Positions 57,266-64,000 of a stretch of 64,000 nucleotides of DNA are shown here, piece after piece (the stretch's first letter is position 1; each line of letters opens with the position of its first letter). The DNA is taken from NCBI GenBank assembly GCA_044347745.1, contig JBIKUD010000003.1, forward strand, positions 17,942 through 81,941. Direction: 5' to 3'. Made by a program: the position numbers and the translations under genes. This stretch comes from Bdellovibrionota bacterium. GTDB lineage: Bacteria > Bdellovibrionota_C > UBA2361 > JAFLCA01. The notes under the pieces were generated by a model. That model did no database searches, was not told the DNA's origin, and worked only from the letters and a program-made list of their open reading frames with translations.

Positions 57266-58147
57266 ATGAAGACCATGTGGGGCCTTTGTTTTTTGGCAGC
57301 AGTACTGCTCGTGCAGCCAGCCTTTGCCGCTGATGTGATTACCATAGGTGTGCCTGAATTTGAGGAGAATATTAATTTTCTAAAAGATAAAAGTCTGGCT
57401 GCTCAATATGTGCGCCGCGCGAGTATGGGGCGCTTAATTGAGTTTGCTCCTGAAGGGGGGCGCCTGGAACTTTTGCTTGCTGATCGTTTTAGTTCGACTG
57501 GAGACCATCGCACTTGGTCTTTTAGAATTTCGCGGTTGGCCCAATTTGCCAACGGCCAGCAGATAACATTCTCCGACGTGCAAACCTCACTGAGGCGTTG
57601 CCAAGAGAGTGGTAAATTAGAAACAGCACTAGTTGTGAAAGCAGCGGATGGAGCCAAAAGGCCGGGTGCCTATGCAGATGGCATCTGGTTCGAGGTCGTC
57701 ATTCCAGAGCCATTGGTGATTGACTCGGTGCAGCGCCATTTAAGCGAATGTCCCATCTTGGAGGAGGCCTCTTCGGCGCTTTTTGGAAATCTTTTGGGTG
57801 AGGGAACTAACTTTGTTTCAGCTGGCGAGTATCGCTTAGTAGATTTTAAGGCTGGGCGTGAGCTAACCCTTATGCGAACATCATTGGTGCAGGGGAAGTC
57901 AAAATGGCAGGCCCCACAGTCGCTGGTTTTTAGAGGCTTTAAGGATGCTGACTCAGCTTTAACGGCATTACGGGTTGGTACCATCGATGCTTTTTTAATT
58001 CCAGGACCGGCTGCCCTAGATAGGATAAAAAGCGATGAGACCTTGGAGTCCGTGGCTTGTGGGGAGCAGGTGCAGATTCAGCGTAAGGGGCTGGCATTAT
58101 CTTGTCCGGCCCAGTTTGTTGGGTCTTTGACTCAATACATTGGTTAG
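57266..58147 (+). CDS. secreted protein resembling the N-terminal lobe of family-5 solute-binding proteins
   Basis: 293 aa. It has a signal peptide (AAVLLVQPAFA|AD), and RTWSFRISRLAQFANGQQITFSDVQTSLRR resembles the SBP_bac_5 core. It is only about 60% of normal SBP5 length. Confidence 0.35.
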   Translation: MKTMWGLCFLAAVLLVQPAFAADVITIGVPEFEENINFLKDKSLAAQYVRRASMGRLIEFAPEGGRLELLLADRFSSTGDHRTWSFRISRLAQFANGQQITFSDVQTSLRRCQESGKLETALVVKAADGAKRPGAYADGIWFEVVIPEPLVIDSVQRHLSECPILEEASSALFGNLLGEGTNFVSAGEYRLVDFKAGRELTLMRTSLVQGKSKWQAPQSLVFRGFKDADSALTALRVGTIDAFLIPGPAALDRIKSDETLESVACGEQVQIQRKGLALSCPAQFVGSLTQYIG

Positions 58148-58156
58148 GTGTAGCCC

Positions 58157-59299
58157 ATGCGATTTATTTTATTTATTCCGGCGCTTGTCTTCGTTTTAGC
58201 CAACTTCTGGGGCTGTAGCACCCGAGCTATGACCAAACCTCGCTCCGAAGTAATAGAAGAGGCGGCTCGCGACGGCCTGACCATGCCATCGATAGAGGAA
58301 GATCGCCAAGCCTTTTTTGAAGCCGATGCCGTACAGCAAGAGCAAATGATCGCCTTGGTTAAGCACCGTGCCAGCACCTCAGTCAGGGATGCAACCTACA
58401 GACTCGGCACGGGAGATGAAATTGAAATTAACGTATTCGATGTTCCTGAGTTGAATGTCACTGCGCGGGTTCGGGATTCTGGATTTGTGTCCCTTCCCTT
58501 GGTGGGAGCCGTTCGAGCCGCAGGACTCACCGAATCTGAATTCCATGAAGAACTTCGCTCTCGCCTCGCAAGTTATGTGAGGAACCCGGAAATTACAGTC
58601 TTTGTTTCTCTGTATGGCAGTCAGAAGGTGGCAGTCATGGGAGCAGTACAAAAGCCGGGCTCCTATCCCTTGAAAAAGGGCGCCAATAGCGTCTTAGAGC
58701 TATTGAGTGAGGCTGGGGGAGTGACTGACAAAGCTGGTAATGTGATTTCATTTATACCGGTTGAAGTATCGGGAGTTGGCGCAGCCACAGACGTCGAAAC
58801 AAGAGCCCGCATGGCCCTGGCTTCAGACCGAGTGGTGAGCGGAGCTAGTTCGGGAGGTATTCAACTCTATTTGGATCAGGTGTTAGGAACAAACGGAACC
58901 ATTCCCCTTGAATTGCCGGTTCGCGGTGGCGATATGATTGTCATTCCGGAAGCCGGACAGGTAAATGTTGACGGCGAGGTCCAGAAGCCGGGTAGTTATG
59001 AACTTGGGCAACGCATGACCCTACTTGGCGCGTTGGCGGCTGCCGGCGGCATTACGTATGGCGCAAAAATTGAGGAAATTGAGGTCGTGCGCGAAATTGG
59101 CCCCGATCGTAAGGCGCATCTCGTTGTAAATCTTGAAAAAGTGGCTCGAGGAGAGGAGCGCGACGTTCGTATTCGAACCGGAGATATTGTATTGGTCCCA
59201 TCTGATTCTGGGCGTAGAATGCGCCAGGATACATTTGAGAGCATTTCCAAGGTATTTAACTTTGGAGTCGGGGGTAGTGTTAACTTAGCCTCGCCGTAA
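58157..59299 (+). CDS. wza: polysaccharide export outer-membrane protein (Wza-like; Poly_export + SLBB domains)
   Basis: 380 aa. The lipobox-like N-terminus is VLANFWGC|S. YRLGTGDEIEINVFDVPELN is the Poly_export motif, and SLBB-type repeats are present (VAVMGAVQKPGSYPL; VNVDGEVQKPGSYEL). Confidence 0.8.
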   Translation: MRFILFIPALVFVLANFWGCSTRAMTKPRSEVIEEAARDGLTMPSIEEDRQAFFEADAVQQEQMIALVKHRASTSVRDATYRLGTGDEIEINVFDVPELNVTARVRDSGFVSLPLVGAVRAAGLTESEFHEELRSRLASYVRNPEITVFVSLYGSQKVAVMGAVQKPGSYPLKKGANSVLELLSEAGGVTDKAGNVISFIPVEVSGVGAATDVETRARMALASDRVVSGASSGGIQLYLDQVLGTNGTIPLELPVRGGDMIVIPEAGQVNVDGEVQKPGSYELGQRMTLLGALAAAGGITYGAKIEEIEVVREIGPDRKAHLVVNLEKVARGEERDVRIRTGDIVLVPSDSGRRMRQDTFESISKVFNFGVGGSVNLASP

Positions 59300-59333
59300 A
59301 CTGTGCTTCGTAAATGAGGAGTTCCATAAGTCC

Positions 59334-61667
59334 ATGAGTGATCAGCTTCCAAGCACCAGTGTGCGAGCCCTTCCCACGCATTTACCCGGTAAGGCGTTGA
59401 CCCTTGATGCCGTGATTGATGAGCCCCAAGAAGAGGCCCGTCTTCGCGAGTATTGGAGAATTATTTATAAATTTAGACTCCTTACCCTTGGTGCTGTAGC
59501 TCTTTGTGTGTTGCTCGCTGGTTTGTATGCGTTCACTGCGACTCCTCGCTATACGGCTCTATCAAAAATAAGAATTAGTACCTATGAACCTGTACTTGCC
59601 ACTACCAAGATTGAAGATTTGCTCCAAGCTAAAAGTAAAGAGTCTAATTATTTGGAAACCCAAATTGAGGAAATTCGAAGCTTCTCATTAGCCGATGAGG
59701 TGCTTCAAGACTCCACTATTCGTGCGGCGTTTGAAAAAAAATCTGGAGAGGGGATTTTTGCCCGACTTTTTGGCGCGAGTTCTGATGCTGGGACGGTTGA
59801 GCAGACTGAGCTCGACTCACTAACAGGGTACAAAAGCCCGATAGCAACCGTTCGAAACTACCTTGCAACCATTCAAGTGAAGCCGGTTCGACGAACCTCG
59901 CTTGTGGTCATCGAAGCCACCACTAAAAATCCTGGCCTTTCTGCTTTAGTCGCCAATAAACACGCACTGACCTATATCGATTGGATTCGTTCTAATCGCA
60001 TCGAACAACAATCTCGTGGTCTTCAATTTTTACGTGGCCAAGCTGATGAACTGCGAGAGAAGGTAGCAGATCTTGAACGAGAAATGGCCGACTACGCGGA
60101 AGCAAATAGCATTATTGCTCTTAATAAAGACGAAAATATTACCGCTCAAAAAATGTCTCAGTTAAATAAATTGCTTACCGATGCGACTGCACGGCGAATA
60201 GAAGCTGAGAATATGTTTAAAGAGGCAGAAAATGCCTTGAAGTCGCCATCCGCTGGCTTTGACGACCAATCACTTCAGGTGATGCGTTCTGAACTGGTGA
60301 AGCTTGAAGGCGAATATCAACAGCTTAGCAGCAAATTTACGCCAAGTTATCCTCGCATGCAGCAGCTCAAATCGCAGATTGATTCTCTCAAACAATCAAT
60401 CTCATCTCAAAGAAGCCAGGTGGTGCTTGGACTCAAAGCAAAAGCTGCGGCAGCTGCAGAAGAAGAGCGAAGCTTAAAGGATGAGCTTGAACAGCAAAAG
60501 AGTCGTGCCTTTGAGCTCTCAAAAAAGGAAGTTCAATATAATATCTTGAATCGAGAGCTCACAACTTCTCGAGAGTTACTGGAAAATATTCTCAAGCAAA
60601 TCAAGGAAACGGCACTCGCGGTTGAAAGTAATGCCAGCAATGTGTCGGTAGTTGACTACGCCAGCGTCCCTAAGATTGCGTCCTACCCAAGAAAAGGGTT
60701 GGTTCTCTTTTTAGGACTTTTGTGTGGAGTCGGTATTGGCTTAGTGCTCTCATTTTTAATGAGTTATCTGGACAACACCATTAGAACCCCTGAAGAAGTT
60801 GCGAGTGTGTTGCGTCTGCCAAGTTTGGGGGTGGTGCCTTCGTTCGAGCTTGACTGGAGTGGCTCGGTGCCGCCGGCGACTGATGCGCCTCCGCGCAAAA
60901 CTAAGTCATCCAAAGAAATTATTCCTGTCGACCCACTCAATTCCTTACCCGTGGTGTATGTCCAGGCGCCCAAGTCTCTTGCTTCTGAGGCGTATCGTAC
61001 CATTCGTACGGGCCTATTGCTTTCGCGAGCGGGAGAGCCACCACGAACAATTCTTGTCTCCTCCGCGCAATCATCTGAAGGAAAAACTACCTCGTCTATT
61101 AATTTAGCGGCTAGCCTGGCGAGTGCCGGGGGCTCCGTGGTCCTGATAGATGCTGATTTGCGTAGACCAAGTGTCTATAAACACCTTAATTTGGAAGCAA
61201 ACCTTCCGGGGCTCGTGGATGTTATTACGGGGCAGCGCACCATTGACGAAGTCTGCCTTAAGGACGTACTGAAGCGAATCACCATTATTCCAAGCGGTCG
61301 GATTCCGCCTAACCCGGCAGAGCTCCTAGGCTCATTAGAAATGGCATCGATAATTGACGAGTTGTCAGCCCGCTTTGATTACGTGGTAATAGATTCTCCG
61401 CCAGTATTGCCAGTCACCGATTCTGTTATTCTATCGCGCTACGTCGACGGGGTGGTTCTGGTCGTGAAGGGAGGCTCAACACCGAAACGAGTGGTCTCTG
61501 ATGCACGCAATCGCTTGAGGGGAGTCGGGGCAACTTTGTTGGGAGTTATCCTCAATGATGTCGATATTTCCGGTGGCGATTACTACTATTACAATCGCTA
61601 TTATCACTCATATTATCAGAGTGATAATAAGGACAATTCTAAATCAAAAGCAGTCGGCTCGCGGTAG
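59334..61667 (+). CDS. wzc: polysaccharide co-polymerase / tyrosine autokinase (Wzc/GumC-like)
   Basis: 777 aa. It has a Wzz-like N-terminal TM, a long periplasmic coiled coil and a second TM. The kinase domain has Walker A SSAQSSEGKTTSSINLA and Walker B VVIDSPPVLPVTD, and the tail is Tyr-rich (GGDYYYYNRYYHSYYQSD). Confidence 0.85.
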   Translation: MSDQLPSTSVRALPTHLPGKALTLDAVIDEPQEEARLREYWRIIYKFRLLTLGAVALCVLLAGLYAFTATPRYTALSKIRISTYEPVLATTKIEDLLQAKSKESNYLETQIEEIRSFSLADEVLQDSTIRAAFEKKSGEGIFARLFGASSDAGTVEQTELDSLTGYKSPIATVRNYLATIQVKPVRRTSLVVIEATTKNPGLSALVANKHALTYIDWIRSNRIEQQSRGLQFLRGQADELREKVADLEREMADYAEANSIIALNKDENITAQKMSQLNKLLTDATARRIEAENMFKEAENALKSPSAGFDDQSLQVMRSELVKLEGEYQQLSSKFTPSYPRMQQLKSQIDSLKQSISSQRSQVVLGLKAKAAAAAEEERSLKDELEQQKSRAFELSKKEVQYNILNRELTTSRELLENILKQIKETALAVESNASNVSVVDYASVPKIASYPRKGLVLFLGLLCGVGIGLVLSFLMSYLDNTIRTPEEVASVLRLPSLGVVPSFELDWSGSVPPATDAPPRKTKSSKEIIPVDPLNSLPVVYVQAPKSLASEAYRTIRTGLLLSRAGEPPRTILVSSAQSSEGKTTSSINLAASLASAGGSVVLIDADLRRPSVYKHLNLEANLPGLVDVITGQRTIDEVCLKDVLKRITIIPSGRIPPNPAELLGSLEMASIIDELSARFDYVVIDSPPVLPVTDSVILSRYVDGVVLVVKGGSTPKRVVSDARNRLRGVGATLLGVILNDVDISGGDYYYYNRYYHSYYQSDNKDNSKSKAVGSR

Positions 61668-61900
61668 GTGCTAGCTAACTGCTTATAAATTCTCATTTTT
61701 TTGTCCAGCTTCGAGTTAGATTCTGAGGTCTTTTTTGAAGCGGCTTGCCCCTATAAATCATCAAATATAAGGGGAGTAGCTCGTAGCGGCTGTGCCTACG
61801 CACTGAGAGACCATTTTTTAATGAGTATCGATCGTCATTAATCAAATGGATTCGAATAGAGCAGAGTCAATTAATGATTGTAATTGAACGGGTTTTTTGC

Positions 61901-62884
61901 ATGACCAAGGTATTAGTAACTGGAGCAAGTGGTTTTTTAGGCCAACGCGTGGTCGGCGAGCTTAAAGCTCAAGGCAATTATTCTGATGTCCATACTTTTC
62001 GTTCCTCTCAGTATGATCTGAGGGACGTTGAAGCGATTAAACAACTGCTCAGCGACAAGCCCGCAGATGTCCTGGTGCATCTTGCAGCAAAAGTTGGTGG
62101 AATCGGCGCCAACATGAAGCGCCCTGGAGAGTTCTTCTACGATAATCTCGTCATGGGCGTGCAGCTTGTTGAGCAAGCCAGACTGTTTGGAATAAAGAAA
62201 GTTGTGGTGGTAGGCACTATTTGTGCGTATCCAAAATTTACTCCCGTCCCATTTAAGGAAGAAGATCTTTGGTGCGGGTATCCCGAAGAAACTAATGCTC
62301 CGTATGGATTGGCGAAAAAGATGCTGATTGTGCAGCTTGAGGCCTACCGTAAACAGTATCAGTTTAATGGAATTAACCTTTTGATGGTTAACCTCTACGG
62401 CCCCGGCGACAACTTTGACCTCGAAAGTAGCCACGTGATTCCGGCCATGCTTCGTAAATTTCACCATGCAAAGGAGGAGGTCGCCGACACGGTCACGCTG
62501 TGGGGAGATGGTAGCCCCAGTCGAGAGTTCTTATACGTAGATGATGCCGCGCGGGCAATTCGTCTTGCTACCGAGCGTTATGAAAAGCCCGAACCAATTA
62601 ATGTCGGCTCAGGCATGGAAATAAGCATGAGGCAGCTTGCTGAGCAGGTGCGAAAGGTAGTTGGCTTTAAGGGAGAAGTGCAGTGGGACACCACTAAGCC
62701 TAATGGGCAGCCACGGCGTTGTCTTGATGTGTCAAAGGCCAAACAAGAATTTGGTTTTTCTGCCAACATGACTTTTCCGATGGGCCTTGAACTAACCTAT
62801 AATTGGTTCCTCGAAAACCAGGGCAGCATATGCTCCGTTCCGGGGATGGCTGTTGGGGCTTCGACCCAAACGGGTCGCAACTAA
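61901..62884 (+). CDS. fcl: GDP-L-fucose synthase
   Basis: The ATG at 61901 gives MTKVLVTGASGFLG (Rossmann). LAAKVGGIGAN, the catalytic YxxxK (PYGLAKK) and NLYGPGDNF are typical of Fcl/WcaG. Confidence 0.85.
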   Translation: MTKVLVTGASGFLGQRVVGELKAQGNYSDVHTFRSSQYDLRDVEAIKQLLSDKPADVLVHLAAKVGGIGANMKRPGEFFYDNLVMGVQLVEQARLFGIKKVVVVGTICAYPKFTPVPFKEEDLWCGYPEETNAPYGLAKKMLIVQLEAYRKQYQFNGINLLMVNLYGPGDNFDLESSHVIPAMLRKFHHAKEEVADTVTLWGDGSPSREFLYVDDAARAIRLATERYEKPEPINVGSGMEISMRQLAEQVRKVVGFKGEVQWDTTKPNGQPRRCLDVSKAKQEFGFSANMTFPMGLELTYNWFLENQGSICSVPGMAVGASTQTGRN

Positions 62885-63133
62885 GCCTCCTGGCCCCGGG
62901 CGATAGGTAACATACTGAAAATATTCATACTACAAGGTCTGAGAGACCTGGTATACGCAATATATGCGTTCTGGCGCCCCTAGAGGGCAATTCGCCTTGC
63001 GTTCCAACGGGCATTGCTTAGGATACAAAAGCTGAGCTAACCCCCATAACTCTTAAAGAGATTTCTGGATTGGGGCAGCCCTTCTGCAGTTGGAAGCTCA
63101 GTGGCTGGTTCTTTTGCAATTTTGGTTGGTTTT

Positions 63134-64000
63134 ATGATTCCAAAGCGTAAACAGCTTGAAGATGAGGCGGACACTCAGCCAGCGCTTTCTGATGCCCCAA
63201 CCCGACCCGCAGAGCAAACATATCAAAATCCACAATTCACAAAAAACGCAGATGTTGATAACCCAGGCTTTTCAAACTTGGGCAGTCCCTTTGAGCTTGC
63301 TCAAAAATTATCTGCGGTGGGTTATCAATGTTTGCCCTTTGTCGCGTTGCAGGTGTCGCTCCTGCTTTCATCTGAATCCAATCGAATAAAATCATTGTTG
63401 CTTGAAGGTCCATCGGGCTGCGGAAAGAGCTTCTTCGCCAAATGTCTTGCCAAAATTTCTGGCGCAGAACTAATGTGCTTGAGTTGTTACAAGGGCATGC
63501 CTACTCAAAATCTCATCGAAGCACCATCTACGTTAGCAATGGTAAATGCGATGGCGGGCAAGACTTCTGGAGATCCCACTGAACTTTTAAATTTAGGAAT
63601 ACTTTCTCGGGCATATCTCAAATCTCAACAAAAGCCCGTTATTTTGTTAATTGACGAACTTGATAAGCCAGACTCAGCTATTGATACATTCTTTTTAGGT
63701 CCCATTCAGGATGCGCGCATCTGGCTTGAAAGTCGTGAGCCGATTGATGCCAATCCTGCAAATTTGTTGCTCATCTTCACCAAAAACTTTAATCGAACAT
63801 TGGATGATGCCTTACTGCGACGTGTGCATCCGATTACCATGACCTATCTTGATGCAACGCTTGAAAGTAAAATTTTGGCACAATATTGCCACCCGCGATT
63901 GGTGGCTAACTTGGTTTCGATTGCCGACCGCATGCGTAACAATAGCGGTTCGTACGCGTTTGAGCGTCCCCCAGCCCCAGAAGAGCTCCTTTCTGCAGGG
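63134..64000 (+). CDS. MoxR-like AAA+ ATPase, N-terminal 289 codons (3' end outside the window)
   Basis: This frame-2 ORF is not in the supplied track because it runs off the window. It is open from 63050, with its first ATG at 63134. Walker A is LLLEGPSGCGKSF, Walker B is VILLIDELDKP, and sensor-1 is LLLIFTKNFN with DDALLRRV. Confidence 0.7.
   Translation, partial: MIPKRKQLEDEADTQPALSDAPTRPAEQTYQNPQFTKNADVDNPGFSNLGSPFELAQKLSAVGYQCLPFVALQVSLLLSSESNRIKSLLLEGPSGCGKSFFAKCLAKISGAELMCLSCYKGMPTQNLIEAPSTLAMVNAMAGKTSGDPTELLNLGILSRAYLKSQQKPVILLIDELDKPDSAIDTFFLGPIQDARIWLESREPIDANPANLLLIFTKNFNRTLDDALLRRVHPITMTYLDATLESKILAQYCHPRLVANLVSIADRMRNNSGSYAFERPPAPEELLSAG

Noticed and set aside
63156-63389. Listed 77-aa ORF on the + strand.
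   Set aside because: It is out of frame with, and wholly inside, the much longer AAA+ ATPase reading frame starting at 63134. Its composition is low-complexity, so I treat it as a shadow ORF.
1-64000. Antisense ORFs of 60-176 aa inside large genes, for example 9548-9979, 18098-18460, 55355-55747, 61937-62467 and 30925-31296.
   Set aside because: Each lies fully within a longer ORF that has clear family motifs on the opposite strand or in another frame. Their products are Arg/Ser/Pro-rich, as is typical of shadow frames.
1-64000. Search by eye for tRNA (GTTCGAATC-type T-arms), rRNA, CRISPR repeats, transposase or integrase genes and flanking direct repeats.
   Set aside because: None was recognised. 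This negative result rests on visual inspection only and should be confirmed with tRNAscan-SE, Infernal, a CRISPR finder and ISfinder-type searches.

Overview
The window reads as a chromosomal segment of a diderm (Gram-negative-type) bacterium. It is densely coding on both strands. I recognised no rRNA, tRNA, CRISPR array, transposase or integrase by eye. Recognisable blocks, in order:

- **1-9 kb:** radC, an arginase-family ureohydrolase, and several secreted or membrane orphans, including an FG-GAP/integrin-like protein.
- **10-17.7 kb:** a HelD-like UvrD-family helicase, a large secreted orphan, and an AstE/AspA-type deacylase plus ATP-grasp pair facing a divergent HTH-ACT regulator.
- **19.6-21.9 kb:** an HDOD-like signalling protein and an archaeal-type TrmY-like SPOUT protein.
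- **21.9-29 kb:** a polysaccharide locus with an asnB-like amidotransferase, a Wzy-like membrane protein, two GT4 glycosyltransferases and a SAM methyltransferase.
- **29-43.8 kb:** two RND efflux systems, one TolC-RND pair without an adaptor gene and one complete OMF-MFP-RND operon. They are separated by an unusual cobalamin-binding regulator and an SRPBCC protein. A His-rich outer-membrane barrel and a class I photolyase follow.
- **44-48.4 kb:** a SprT/YgjP-like protease plus PP2C-like pair, a 560-bp non-coding region with a perfect 24-bp inverted repeat, and an alpha/beta hydrolase.
- **48.5-63 kb:** an envelope biogenesis block (lolC/E-lolD, bamA-skp-fabZ-lpxA-lpxI), then wza-wzc-fcl.
- **63.1-64 kb:** a truncated MoxR-like AAA+ ATPase at the window edge.

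The strongest candidate for something new is the 303-aa protein at 33590-34501. It carries the CarH-type adenosylcobalamin photoreceptor signature (W-x9-E-H plus a lower-axial His in a B12 Rossmann domain). This module is fused to a C-terminal XRE-type HTH rather than the N-terminal MerR HTH of known CarH/LitR proteins, and it sits directly upstream of the adaptor-less TolC-RND pair.

All functional calls rest on motif recognition in the supplied translations. No database search was run.
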